Below are positions 41,697 through 52,468 of a stretch of DNA of 64,000 nt, piece after piece (positions within the stretch are counted from its first letter, which is position 1; each line of letters opens with the position of its first letter). The DNA is taken from the NCBI GenBank assembly GCA_963826785.1, contig CAWGYD010000003.1, positions 351,270 through 415,269 on the forward strand. The letters run 5' to 3'. The notes below the pieces were generated by a model, which was not told where the DNA came from, did no database searches, and saw only the letters and a list, made by a program, of their open reading frames with translations. Source of the stretch: an uncultured delta proteobacterium. Lineage in GTDB: Bacteria > Desulfobacterota > Desulfobacteria > Desulfobacterales > Desulfosalsimonadaceae. Made by a program: the position numbers and the translations under genes.

Positions 41697-44195
41697 ATGA
41701 AAATTGAACCGATCCGATATCATATCCGGCTGGCACCGGACCTTGAGCGTTTTGATTTTGAGGCAAGTGCGGAAATCACGTTTCTGTTTCATGAATCCTC
41801 TGAATCCGTCGTACTCAACCTCCTGGACCTGGCGGTCTGGAAATGCCGGGTCCGCAGAAACGGAGTCGAAACGGACTGCGGCTTTTCCGTGGATCCGTCA
41901 ACGGAAACGCTTGCCATCTCCCTGCCCGAACCGGTTTCCGGAGAACTGATTCTCACCATCGATTACCATGGCCACATCAACGACCTCATGGCCGGGTTTT
42001 ACCGGAGCCGATACGTGGCCGACGGCAATCCGGAATATATCGCCGTGACCCAGTTCCAGGAGAGCGACGCCCGGCGGGCCTTTCCCTGCATGGACCATCC
42101 GGCGGCCAAGGCCGAATTTGATATTGAACTCGATATCGCCGCAGACCTTGCCGCCATCTCCAACCAGGCCATCCGGGAAGAGACTGCCCTAAAGGACGGC
42201 AGAAAAAGGGTGATCTTTGAGACCACGCCGAAGATGTCCACCTACCTGGTCTTTTTCGGGGTGGGAAAATTTGAAATCGTCACCGATGCCGTTGATGCCC
42301 GGGTGCGGACCGCCACCCCGGCCAGCATGACCCCGCATGCCGGCTACGGGCGCGAATTCGGCCGAAAGGCGCTGGTCTTCAGCGAGGGCTACTATGATGT
42401 ACCCTATCCGCTGTCCAAGATGGATTTGATCGCCATTCCCGATTTTGCCTTCGGCGCCATGGAAAACTGGGGGGCCATCACCTTCCGGGAAAACCTTTTG
42501 CTGTTTTACCCGGAAACCACATCCAAGTCCGGGGAGCAGCGGATCTGCGAAGTCATCGCCCATGAGATCGCCCACCAGTGGTTCGGCAACCTGGTCACCC
42601 CGGCGGACTGGAAATACCTGTGGCTCAACGAAAGCTTCGCCACCTTTTTCGGGTTCCACGTGGTGGACCACTACCACCCCGAATGGGAAGTCTGGTCCCA
42701 GTTCCTCTACGGCATGACCGCCACGGCCATGTCCCGCGACGCCCTCAACGAAAATTTTCCCATCGAGATTCCCGGCGGCGAGCACGTGGTGATCAACTCC
42801 AGCACCGCCCCCATCATCTACAACAAGGGCGGCAGCATCCTGCGCCAGATCGAGGGATACATCGGCCCGGACCGGTTCCGGGACGGGCTGCGCCGGTATC
42901 TCAAGACCTATGCCTACGGGTGCGCGGAAAGCCGCAACCTCTGGGAGGCCTTCGAGGAGGAAGCGGAGGCGCCGGTCAATGAAATGATGAAAAGCTGGGT
43001 GAACCAGCCGGGATTTCCGGTGATCATCGCCCGCCGGGACGGCGACCGCCTGACCCTGTCCCAGCGGCGGTTCACCTACCTGCCCGAAAAGGACCGCCGG
43101 GCCCAGACCTGGATGATCCCGGTGGGCATCGACTTTTTCGGCAAAAACGGCAGCACCGGCCGCGTGACGACGATCATGGCCGATGGGGAAATATCCGTGG
43201 ACCTGCCGGAGGGGAGTGCCGCCTATAAAATCAATGCAGGGCAGACGGGGTTTTTCCGGGTCAAATATGAAGAGGAAAAGAACCTGGCCGAATTGCAGGG
43301 CCGGGTCATGGATCAGACCCTTTCCGCCCCGGACCGGTGGGGCGTGCAAAACGACCTGTATCACCTGGCCATGGCGGCAGAGATCCCTTTTGAGCAATAC
43401 ATGGAATTTGTCCTGGCCTATCGCAATGAAACCGACTATCTGCCCCTGACCAGCATCGCCGAAAACCTCTCCCATGCCCACCGGGTGCTCGACGCCCCCT
43501 TTTCGCAGATCATCGAAGACCTGGCGGCGCCCTGGTATGCGGATATCCTCAACCGCATCGGGTACACGCCATCTTCCGAAGAACCCCAGACGCAGGCCAT
43601 GCTCCGGGATCAGCTGCTCTGGGATGCCATCCGGTACGGCGCCGAAGATGCGGCCGCCTTTGCCACCGAGCAGGCTGAAAGGCTTTTTGCCGGCACCCGC
43701 ATTCACCCGGACATCGCCCGGAGTGTCATGATGGCCGCGGCCCGGATGGAAAACGACCGCGCCGGGAAATGGCTGTTTGACCGGTTTACGGAGTCGGCCA
43801 TCGAGCATGAACGGATGAATATCCTCACCGCCATGGGATGCTTCACCCGTTCCGAGCAGATTCAAAAGGTGCTGGCGTTTACCCTCACAACCGTCCCGCC
43901 GCGCAACAAGTTCATCCCGGTGACGGCCCTGGCGGCAAACCCGGCGGCCTGCGACCCGCTCTGGAAGTGGTATACCCAAAACCTTTCCGCCATCGAACAG
44001 TTTCATCCCCTGCTCTATGAACGGGTGGCATCGTCTGTCATTTCCGCGGCCGGCCTGGTGCGCCCCGACGAGGTCAAGGCGTTTTTTTCCGATTACATGA
44101 AAAAAGACAAGGCGGTGGAAGTGATCAAACTATCCCTGGAGCGTCTGGACATCAACATGGCGTTTCGCCGGGCGAACAGGGCCGGCAATGAATAG
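41697..44195 (+). CDS. pepN: M1 family aminopeptidase
   Basis: TQFQESDARRAFPC, GAMENWG, HEIAH..WLNE, IYNKG. Confidence 0.92.
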   Translation: MKIEPIRYHIRLAPDLERFDFEASAEITFLFHESSESVVLNLLDLAVWKCRVRRNGVETDCGFSVDPSTETLAISLPEPVSGELILTIDYHGHINDLMAGFYRSRYVADGNPEYIAVTQFQESDARRAFPCMDHPAAKAEFDIELDIAADLAAISNQAIREETALKDGRKRVIFETTPKMSTYLVFFGVGKFEIVTDAVDARVRTATPASMTPHAGYGREFGRKALVFSEGYYDVPYPLSKMDLIAIPDFAFGAMENWGAITFRENLLLFYPETTSKSGEQRICEVIAHEIAHQWFGNLVTPADWKYLWLNESFATFFGFHVVDHYHPEWEVWSQFLYGMTATAMSRDALNENFPIEIPGGEHVVINSSTAPIIYNKGGSILRQIEGYIGPDRFRDGLRRYLKTYAYGCAESRNLWEAFEEEAEAPVNEMMKSWVNQPGFPVIIARRDGDRLTLSQRRFTYLPEKDRRAQTWMIPVGIDFFGKNGSTGRVTTIMADGEISVDLPEGSAAYKINAGQTGFFRVKYEEEKNLAELQGRVMDQTLSAPDRWGVQNDLYHLAMAAEIPFEQYMEFVLAYRNETDYLPLTSIAENLSHAHRVLDAPFSQIIEDLAAPWYADILNRIGYTPSSEEPQTQAMLRDQLLWDAIRYGAEDAAAFATEQAERLFAGTRIHPDIARSVMMAAARMENDRAGKWLFDRFTESAIEHERMNILTAMGCFTRSEQIQKVLAFTLTTVPPRNKFIPVTALAANPAACDPLWKWYTQNLSAIEQFHPLLYERVASSVISAAGLVRPDEVKAFFSDYMKKDKAVEVIKLSLERLDINMAFRRANRAGNE

Positions 44196-45267
44196 ACGAA
44201 AATCGCCCCGGCTGCGCCATCCGAAAGTCCGGCGGGACAAAAGATTCGATAAACCCGCTGCCGCTGAAACCTCAGGGCCGCTGATCCAGGTGGGCAAGAT
44301 CACTCCCATGCGCGATTTCTGGGGAAACGCGTTTCGCCGGCCGGTTCCGCCGGAAAAAATCCGCGGGGCCATCATCGCCCACCTCATCGACCCGGACAAC
44401 CTGCTGGTCAAAAGCCTCGACCTGCTGCCGGAGAGCGCCGCCGGCGGTGCCCAGGTGCGGGAAGTCAAGACGGTGCATTTCCAGGAGGGGGATTTCCAGT
44501 ACATCTTCCGGGTGTCGGTCCGGCAGAGGGAATCCGGCAGGCTCCACCTGGCCCTGGTGGCCGCCAAGGAAGGCGGCCGCACCAGCACCACCGCCCGGCG
44601 CGAACTGGAGAACCTGACCTGGCTCTACCGGCGGGACAACCGCTATGTGGTCCGACCCCTTGCCGGGGGCATGGTGGAAATCCCCTTTGCCCGGGAACTG
44701 GGGCCGGTGTTCATCTATTTTACCGAATGGCTGGAGCATCTTCACGAACTGGGGGTGGACAAGGGGCTCAATTTCTACATCAACGCGGTCCCCTTCCACA
44801 CTTTCCGCCGCAATGTCAACGACATCCTGCGGGGTCAGATCTTAAAGATCCTCTTTTCCCTGTACGACCCCGAAGCAAAAATCGCCATGGAACCGCCCCA
44901 GGTGGCCAGCGGCGATTTTGTCATCAGCCGCCCCCGCCCGGAAGCCCCCTATGAACTTCGCCTGATCGCCTGCCGAAGACTGCTGAAGGGAATCAGCCTG
45001 GGCAAAGTCTTACGGCTCTACCTGGGGTATTCGGGCCAATGGGCGGACAAGGTGTTTCACTTTCTCCCCCGGGACCCGGCCATCCTGTTCGACGCTTTGA
45101 ACCAGGGGCTGATTGCTAAAAACCCCGGCCGCATCACCATGGACCAGGTCGTCGCCGAACTCAAAGCATGGGCGGCAGAACTGGAAGGCGAATCCGTATC
45201 CACCCAGCCCTGGAGCCCCCTTCCCACCCTGCGCAAACTGATAGGATCGATTCACATGATGAAATGA
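44188..45267 (+). CDS. Hypothetical protein, possibly protein-kinase-like fold
   Basis: 359-aa ORF overlapping the pepN stop; EGDFQYIF, AAK..RRELENL, FTEWL, ASGDFV. Confidence 0.65.
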   Translation: MNRRKSPRLRHPKVRRDKRFDKPAAAETSGPLIQVGKITPMRDFWGNAFRRPVPPEKIRGAIIAHLIDPDNLLVKSLDLLPESAAGGAQVREVKTVHFQEGDFQYIFRVSVRQRESGRLHLALVAAKEGGRTSTTARRELENLTWLYRRDNRYVVRPLAGGMVEIPFARELGPVFIYFTEWLEHLHELGVDKGLNFYINAVPFHTFRRNVNDILRGQILKILFSLYDPEAKIAMEPPQVASGDFVISRPRPEAPYELRLIACRRLLKGISLGKVLRLYLGYSGQWADKVFHFLPRDPAILFDALNQGLIAKNPGRITMDQVVAELKAWAAELEGESVSTQPWSPLPTLRKLIGSIHMMK

Positions 45268-45281
45268 CGGGATGCGGCCAC

Positions 45282-45341
45282 GATCAAGATTATTATATGG
45301 AGAAAGCCGAGGAGGTATTTAAATGGTTGATCCATCTGTAG
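45282..45341 (+). pseudogene. 3' remnant of a HEPN toxin gene
   Basis: Reads DQDYYMEKAEEVFKWLIHL* and overlaps the MNT ATG, as in HEPN-MNT pairs. Confidence 0.5.
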
Positions 45342-45652
45342 CTGAAAGTGTTCGGAAATATATCGGTCTGCTCAGGCAAGAGGGTTTTGCAATACCGTTT
45401 GGTGTGGTTTTCGGCTCTCATATATCCGGCAAAACTAATCAATGGAGCGACATCGACCTTCTTGTTGTATCTCCCCGCTTTGACGGTCGAAGAATTCGAA
45501 AGGATATCGATTTACTCTGGCGCACGGCGGCCAGGTCGGACAGCCGGATCGAGCCAATCCCCTGCGGCGAGCGCCAGTGGCATGAAGATGAGACCAGCGC
45601 CATTTTGGAAATCGCCCGAAGGGAAGGTGAGATCATCCGCCTTGCACAGTAA
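45323..45652 (+). CDS. Minimal nucleotidyltransferase (MNT antitoxin)
   Basis: VFGSH..WSDIDLLVVS, IEPIP, EIARREG. Confidence 0.85.
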   Translation: MVDPSVAESVRKYIGLLRQEGFAIPFGVVFGSHISGKTNQWSDIDLLVVSPRFDGRRIRKDIDLLWRTAARSDSRIEPIPCGERQWHEDETSAILEIARREGEIIRLAQ

Positions 45653-45684
45653 ACCCAAATCTTTTAAGTTCTGATAAATTCCCG

Positions 45685-47104
45685 TCAATGCATCAACACC
45701 CGTCCGGCGTTCAGGGCCGCGTCAAACAGGAGGCTGGGGAAAATGCCCGGCAGCAGAACGCCCGCGGCAAGAAGGCTTCCGCCCAGCCATCCCTCCCAGC
45801 CGGTCTCTGCATGGGAGGCGGCCGGTTCCCGGGTGTAGGCATGGCGAACCAGGTTCAGGTAATAGTAAATGGCAATGGCCGTATTGACGGCCGCCACCAC
45901 CACCAGCCAGTCGTAACCGCGGCCCCAGGCGGAGTTGAATAAAAAGAGCTTCCCCATGAACCCGGCCGTGGGCGGCAATCCCACCAGGGAAAAGGCCGCC
46001 GCCGCCAGGACGAAGGCGAGCACCGGGTTTCGCCGGTACAGCCCGTCCAGATCCGCCACGGTCAGGTTCTCCCCTTCTTCCGACAGCCGGCAGACCACCC
46101 AGAAGCAGGCCAGGTTCATCAGGATGTAGATCAGGCAGTAGTATGTCGCCGAGGCGAACCCCTCGGGGGTGCCGGCCACCAGCCCCAGGGACAGGTACCC
46201 GGCATGGGCCACGCTGGAATAGGCCAGCAGCCGCTTGATGTCGGTCTGGACCAGGGCGGCCAGATTCCCGTAAGTGATGGTAAACGCCGCCAGCACGGCC
46301 ATGAAGGCCACCGCCTCTGTGCCGGGCCGGAGCAGGGCGAAAAAGCGGATCAGCACGATCAGCGCGCCCGCCTTGGGAATGGACGCGGTAAACGCCGCGG
46401 TTTCGTTGCTCGCCCCCTGGTAGACATCGGGCGCCCAGAAGTGGAAGGGAAATACGGCCAGCTTAAACCAGAACGCCCCCAGAAACAGGATCAGGCCGAT
46501 GACCGCCACTGGATTTTCCAGGTAAAACCATGATTTGGCCGCAAGCTCCGGAATGTAGCTGGTGTGCTGGGACACCAGGATGTAGGAAGAAGCCGAACAG
46601 TCCCAGGGCGGTAAAGAGCGCCCCGAAGATCAGGTATTTGATGGCGGCCTCTGCCGAACCCGCGTGCCGGGAGCGCAGGGGGATGATGGCATACAGGGTG
46701 TAGGAGGTCAATTCCAGGGCGATAAAGAGCGTCATCAGCTCCACCGTGCTGGCCATGAGGGTCGTTCCCCACGCACTGAGCGACAGGAGGAGAAAATAAT
46801 CGGTTTTCTGCGCTTCTTCCAGGGTCGGGTGGCGAAGCGCATTTAAGATCACGAAAAAATAGCCGATGGCCACGATCAGTTTGAAAAGCTGGGAAATAGG
46901 ATCGACGAGATAGGCGCCGGAAAACAGCACCCCCTGCGCCCTCAACGAGGCCCCGCAAGCCATGACATTGAGAAAGGCGCCATAGACCAGCCAGTAATGA
47001 GCGTTTTTCCCCCCTGCGCTGAACAGAACCTGCAAAAACAGGATGAGGATGATCCCCAGCTGGAACAGTTCCGGCAGTATCAGCGATGCGTGGGATAGCT
47101 GCAT
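45685..47104 (-). CDS. nuoN: NuoN; +1 frameshift at ~46588
   Basis: LELTSY, SAEAAIKY, FKLAVFPFHFWAPDVYQG, KRLLAYSSVAHAGY, GLPPTAGFMGK. Confidence 0.85.
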
Positions 47105-47192
47105 ATGATTCCCTTATCTGTGAATTGCGGATAGTCGGGTTCGTCCTGACGGACCCTTATTGCCAATGGCAAATCATCGGAGTCCATCAATT

Positions 47193-48869
47193 TTACGGTT
47201 CCTTTGCTCTGGCCGGTGTTTTTCCCGGAGACAATGGTTGCAATCGCCGCCGCCGGGGCACACCCCCCTTTAATTCCCCACTCGAGGGGACACCCCCCTT
47301 TTGTTCCCCCTCAAGGGGGGATTTAGGGGGGTGTTGAACCGTCCGGTTGCCGATATATAGACGATCTGCCAGAGCAGGTTCATTGAAAGCTGTTTCTGCT
47401 GCCTCAACCCCCTTGAGCGCTTCTGCCAGGGATGTTCGCATGGACGCCAGGGGGAGGCGCGGGGCCAGGCCGATGTAGAACACCAGCAGGGCCAGCGGGA
47501 TCAGGTAGGCCCACTCCCGATGGTTTAAATCCGGCCACCCTTTTCCCTTTACGGGTTCCCCCCAGGCGGTCCGCTTGAGCAGGATGAGCATATAGGCAAC
47601 CGCCAGCACCACTCCGGGCACCGCGAGAAACGCCACCGGAAAATTGAATTTGAATGCCCCGATCAAAATCAGGATCTCGCCGACGAAATTGCTGGTCCCC
47701 GGAAAGGCCATGGACGAAAAGGCAAAGATTCCCCAGAAACCGATGAATGCCGGCAGGTATTTCGAAAGCCCCAGGTTATCTGAAATCAGGCGGCTGTGGC
47801 TCCGCTCGTAAATCGCCCCGATCATCATGAACAGCGCACCGGTGGTGATGCCGTGGCTGATCATCTGCAGCAGCGCCCCCTGCAGCCCGTCCAGGTTGAG
47901 CAGAAAAATCCCCAGGGTGACAAACCCCATGTGCCCCACCGACGAATAGGCCACCAGCTTTTTCATATCCGTCTGCCCCAGGGCCACCAGGCTGCCGTAG
48001 ATGATGGAGATGATGGAAACGGCGATAAAATACGGGGCGAAATAGCGGGCGGCATCCGGGGTGATGGGCAGGCAGAATCGCAGAAAGCCGTATGCCCCCA
48101 TCTTGAGCAGAATCGATGCCAGAAAGACGCTGCCCGCCGACGGGGCCTCCACGTGGGCGGCCGGCAGCCAGGTGTGAAAAGGAAACATGGGCACCTTGAT
48201 GGCAAAGGCCAGGCTCATGGCGAGAAAGGTGAGCACCTGGAACCCGAACGGAAAATGCCGCCCCATGAGCGCGGGGATGGAAAAGGTGCCGGCCTGGTGG
48301 TAAAAGGCCACCACCGCCACCAGCAGCAGCGTGCTTCCCGCCAGTGTGTAGAGAAAAAACTTGATGGAGGCGTACCGCCGCTCCGGCCCGCCCCAGACGG
48401 CGATCAGCAGGTACATGGGGATCAGCATGGCCTCCCAGAAAACGTAAAACAACACCAGGTCGAGCGCGGTGAACACGCCGATGCAGGCGCCGGTCATCAG
48501 CAGCATGCAGAAATGAAAGGCCCGCACCCGCGCCTGGATATAGGTCCAGGAGCACAGGACGCAAAGCGGCAGCATCAGGGCGGTCAGCACCACCAGCAGG
48601 AGACTGATCCCGTCCACCCCCAGGTGGTAATACAAACCCCACGCCGGGACCCAGGGAATCATCTCCGTAAACTGGAATCCCGTTGCATTCACATTGAAAT
48701 GGAAGATCAGGGGGAAGCAGAAGAGCAGTTCCAAAAGGCCGGCGCCCAGGGTGAACCGGCGCACCGCCGCGTCGCTCCTGACGGCCACCAGGCCGCATGC
48801 GCAGAGCAGCGGAAAAAAGATCAGCACGGTTAACAGCACAGGCGCATTCATCATGGTTTCCATTTCCAT
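47193..48869 (-). CDS. nuoM: NuoM, with a C-terminus that reads through a repeat
   Basis: GVDGISL, FWEAMLIPMY, KVPMFPFHTWLPAAHVEAP, YSSVGHMG, FVGE. Confidence 0.9.
   Translation of the reverse strand: MEMETMMNAPVLLTVLIFFPLLCACGLVAVRSDAAVRRFTLGAGLLELLFCFPLIFHFNVNATGFQFTEMIPWVPAWGLYYHLGVDGISLLLVVLTALMLPLCVLCSWTYIQARVRAFHFCMLLMTGACIGVFTALDLVLFYVFWEAMLIPMYLLIAVWGGPERRYASIKFFLYTLAGSTLLLVAVVAFYHQAGTFSIPALMGRHFPFGFQVLTFLAMSLAFAIKVPMFPFHTWLPAAHVEAPSAGSVFLASILLKMGAYGFLRFCLPITPDAARYFAPYFIAVSIISIIYGSLVALGQTDMKKLVAYSSVGHMGFVTLGIFLLNLDGLQGALLQMISHGITTGALFMMIGAIYERSHSRLISDNLGLSKYLPAFIGFWGIFAFSSMAFPGTSNFVGEILILIGAFKFNFPVAFLAVPGVVLAVAYMLILLKRTAWGEPVKGKGWPDLNHREWAYLIPLALLVFYIGLAPRLPLASMRTSLAEALKGVEAAETAFNEPALADRLYIGNRTVQHPPKSPLEGEQKGGVPSSGELKGGVPRRRRLQPLSPGKTPARAKEP
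47259..47336. repeat. Repeat R9 inside the 3' end of the nuoM ORF
   Basis: CACACCCCCCTTTAATTCCCCACTCGAGGGGACACCCCCCTTTTGTTCCCCCTCAAGGGGGGATTTAGGGGGGTGTT. Confidence 0.85.
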
Positions 48870-50647
48870 CAATATAAAAACTCCCACAGCATCAGCACCA
48901 TGGCCGCCCCCAGAAGCAGCGAATAGGTCAGGTAATCCTGGAGCCGGCCGGTCTGCAGGGTAACGACGGCGTTTTTGCCGAAATTCCGGAAGAAGGCGGC
49001 GACCCCATCCACAAACCCCTTGATGACGGCATTGTCGAACCGGGACGAACCGGCCGCACCGTCGTTCATGGCCCGGAGTCCCACCCGCCGGTACAGGTTG
49101 CCCACAAACGTATCCACCGGCTCCGGCAGGCTGCGGCAGAATCGGATGACGCCCTTCCCCGCCAGGCGGTATACCCAGTCGAAATCGATATTGATGGTGG
49201 CTTCGGGGGCCAGCTTTTTCACCAGCAGGTAAAACACCAGCCCGGTAAACGACAAGAACTGCATCGACTGGATCACCTTCCAGGCCGTGTATGGGGTATA
49301 TTCCGCGGGAAAGGGAAGCAGCCGGTACAGCAGTGCCGGGAACACGCCGATAACGAAGCAGAGGGCCGCGGCGCCCGCCATGGCCAGGTTCATGTTCCAG
49401 GGGATCGGTTTCAAGGGGCGGGCGGCATCGTCTTGCCTGGCATAGAATGCGAAATAGGGAAGCTTTAAACCCACCGAAAGGAAGGTCCCCACGGATGCCA
49501 CCTCCAGAAACAGGGCGATCCAGTTGTGGTGCGCTTCGGCCGCACCGGTGATGGTCATGTTCTTGGTGACGAACCCGGAAAAGAACGGGACCCCGGAGAT
49601 GGATACCGCGGCCACCATGTAAAAGATGAACACCCAGGGAAGCCGGCGCACCAGCCCGCCCAGCTCGTTCAGCCTGGCCGTCCCGGCAGCGTACAGCAGC
49701 GCCCCCGTGCTCATGAAGAGCAGCCCCTTGTACAGGATGTGCGCATATGCATGGGCGGCCGCCCCGTCCATGGCCATGTAGGTGCCCACCCCGCAGCCGG
49801 CCACCATGTATCCCACCTGGGAGACGATATGGTAGGAAAGGATCTTGCGGGCGTCGTTTTCGATGGTGGCGTAAAAGACCCCGTAGACGGCCATCACGGT
49901 CCCGGCCACCGCCAGGATCTCGAATCCCGAATAGGCCCGCAGAAGGACATATACCGCCGTCTTGGTGGTATAGGCGCTCATGAAGACCGCCCCGGTGACG
50001 GTGGCCCGGGGATAGGTGTCGGGAAGCCAGGCGTGCAGCGGCACCACCGCCGCATTGACGCAGAACCCCGCCAGGATCAGGTAATCATAAAAAAAAGCGG
50101 TCTCGGGCTGGACCGGGACGAAGGCAAAGGTGCCCAGGGCATGGTAGCGCAGCATGATCCCCCCCAGCAGCAGAATTTCCCCGAATACATGGAAAAGGAA
50201 GTAGCGCAGCGCGGCCCCGCCCGAAGCGGGGCTGCGCGCCAGCAGGACGATGAAGGTCGAGGCCACCGTCATCAGCGCCCAGAAGATGTAGAGCGTGATG
50301 TAATCGCCGGCGAAAACGCAGCCGAAGCCGCCCGCCACGTACAGGGCCGAGGCGATGTGCTGCGCTTTTTCCCGCACGTGCAGTGCAAACACGAAGCCGA
50401 GCAGGGCCTGAATGGCAAACACATGGGCGAATATTTTGGACAGTCCATCCACCCGCCCCGGGACCAGCGTCTCCCCCAGGTACTGCAATTGCCCGTAAGT
50501 GCCGTCTTCCATGATCAGCACCGCCGCGATGGCCAGTACGCCGGGAAGGGGCAGCAGCCATTTCCATCCCCTTCCTTTCCAGAAAGGAAGCACCAGGGCC
50601 AGCAGGAAAAAAAAGATCATGGGGTGGATGAAGCCGTTACCGGTCAT
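48869..50647 (-). CDS. MrpD/NuoL-like antiporter subunit (592 aa)
   Basis: PLHAWLPDTYP, YTTKTAVY, ILSYHIVSQVGYM, HAYAHILYKGLLFM; long C-terminal helix. Confidence 0.85.
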   Translation of the reverse strand: MTGNGFIHPMIFFFLLALVLPFWKGRGWKWLLPLPGVLAIAAVLIMEDGTYGQLQYLGETLVPGRVDGLSKIFAHVFAIQALLGFVFALHVREKAQHIASALYVAGGFGCVFAGDYITLYIFWALMTVASTFIVLLARSPASGGAALRYFLFHVFGEILLLGGIMLRYHALGTFAFVPVQPETAFFYDYLILAGFCVNAAVVPLHAWLPDTYPRATVTGAVFMSAYTTKTAVYVLLRAYSGFEILAVAGTVMAVYGVFYATIENDARKILSYHIVSQVGYMVAGCGVGTYMAMDGAAAHAYAHILYKGLLFMSTGALLYAAGTARLNELGGLVRRLPWVFIFYMVAAVSISGVPFFSGFVTKNMTITGAAEAHHNWIALFLEVASVGTFLSVGLKLPYFAFYARQDDAARPLKPIPWNMNLAMAGAAALCFVIGVFPALLYRLLPFPAEYTPYTAWKVIQSMQFLSFTGLVFYLLVKKLAPEATINIDFDWVYRLAGKGVIRFCRSLPEPVDTFVGNLYRRVGLRAMNDGAAGSSRFDNAVIKGFVDGVAAFFRNFGKNAVVTLQTGRLQDYLTYSLLLGAAMVLMLWEFLY

Positions 50648-50891
50648 AGAAATCCTCGTCTTTGCCTAAGACCTTGTGGGCCGCCCCCTTGGACAGTCTG
50701 GCCAGGAGGAAGGCCACTACCAGGCCGAACAGCGACCAGAAGCCCGGCACGATCTTTTCGATGGGAAAATGCGGATGGAGATTGGGCACCTCAAAGGAAA
50801 GGACCACCAGTACCAGCAGGTAGAGCAGGAAAAGGGTCAGCCACATCCGGGGATAATGCCGCATTTTCTCCAGCCACACGCCGATTTTCAT
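50637..50891 (-). CDS. Small two-TM protein
   Basis: Overlaps both neighbours; HPHF, PGFWSLFG, EDFYD. Confidence 0.7.
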   Translation of the reverse strand: MKIGVWLEKMRHYPRMWLTLFLLYLLVLVVLSFEVPNLHPHFPIEKIVPGFWSLFGLVVAFLLARLSKGAAHKVLGKDEDFYDR

Positions 50892-52364
50892 CCATACCCT
50901 CCCAGCACCCGGACAAACATGGACACCGCCTGGGGATAAAATCCCAGAATGACGCTGATCAGGGCGGTGATGAACAGGGGGATCACCATGAAAAGAGGCG
51001 CTTCCCGGTAACTGTCGATGGGAACATCCGGATGGGGGGCGGCAAAAAACCCTCTAAAGACAATGGGGCCGAAATACGCCGCGTTCAGGATCATGGAGAG
51101 CAGGAGCGCGGCCAGCAGAATCGTCTGTTCCCGGTTGAGGGATCCGATGAGCAGATACCATTTGGAAACAAAGCCCGAGGCCGGCGGCACCCCGATCATG
51201 CTCAGGGATGCCAGGCCGAAGGCGGCAAAGGTCCAGGGCATCCGCCGGCCCAGCCCCGGCAGCCGGTCGATGGTCCGGATGGAGCTGGCCACGAAGATGG
51301 CGCCGGCGGAAAAAAACAGGGTGATCTTGGAAAAAGCGTGAAAGGCGATGTGCATGAGCCCCCCGGCCACGGCCGCGGGTGTTAAAAGCGCCACCCCCAG
51401 GACGATATAGGAGAGCTGGCTCACCGTGGAATAGGCCAGCCGCGCCTTGAGGTCGTTTTTGGTCAGCGCGATCAGGGAGGCGACGAGGATGGTGAACACG
51501 GCGATGTAGGCGGTGATGAGCCCCAGCCCGAAACGGCTCATGAGATCGATGCCGAAGACGGACAGGATGATCCGGCAGATGGAAAAGACGCCCGCCTTGA
51601 CCACGGCCACCGCATGCAGGAGCCCCGACACCGGCGTGGGGGCCACCATGGCCGAGGGGAGCCAGTTGTGCAGCGGCATGATGGCCGCCTTGGCCAGGCC
51701 GGCCAGGCAGAGGAAATAGGCCAGGCAGACCGGCACAAATGCCGCATCCGCCGGGAAGATCCCGCCCCGGATGTTATCGGTTGAAATCGAGCGTGCCGCA
51801 GACCACATAGATGATCACCATCCCCGGCAGCAGAAACAGCTTGGAGGTCCCCATCAGGTATACCAGGTACTTCTTTCCCCCTTCGTAGGCTTCGGCATCC
51901 TGGTGATGGGCCACCAGCGGGTAGGTGCACACCGTGATGATTTCGTAATAGAGGTAAAGGGTGAACAGGTTGGCGCTCATGGCCACGCCCACGGCCCCGA
52001 AAATGGCGATGGCGAAACAGACATAGTAGCGGGTCTGGGCGTGCTCCTTCAGGGCCCGCATGTAGCCGATGTTGTACAGGGTGGCAAATATCCAGAGGAA
52101 GGTGGCGATGAGCCCGAAAATCATGCTCAGCCCGTCTGCGCCGAATCTGATGGAGATGCCCGGTATCAGGGTGGATACGGTAAACGTCCGGACTTCCCCC
52201 CGCAACACCCCCGGCACCAGAAACGCCATGGAAATAAAGGCGAGTATCCCGGCGATGAGGGAGACGGCTTCACGGCGGTCGGGGTCGGACCGCATCAGCC
52301 AGATCGCTGCCGGCGCCAGCGCGGTGATCACAATCGGGATGAGAAGCTCGGCATTGCCTGTCAA
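50888..52364 (-). CDS. MrpD/MnhD-family antiporter subunit; frameshift at ~51783
   Basis: YYEIITVCTYPLVAH, KAAIMPLHNWLPSAMVAPTPVSGLLHAVAVVK, LAYSTVSQLSY, HAFSK. Confidence 0.85.
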
Positions 52365-52468
52365 AACCGGGTCCTTTCAGGGTTTCAGAATCATGGCCTT
52401 AATGGATTTGATTCATTTTTTTCGTCCAGCATCATCGACATCGCCCATTTGCAATTGGCTAAGAATAC

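Noticed and set aside
42189..44006. Long antisense ORFs (also 49526-51385, 22081-23475, 39762-41123)
   Set aside because: Expected shadows of GC-rich coding strands, with no recognisable motifs.
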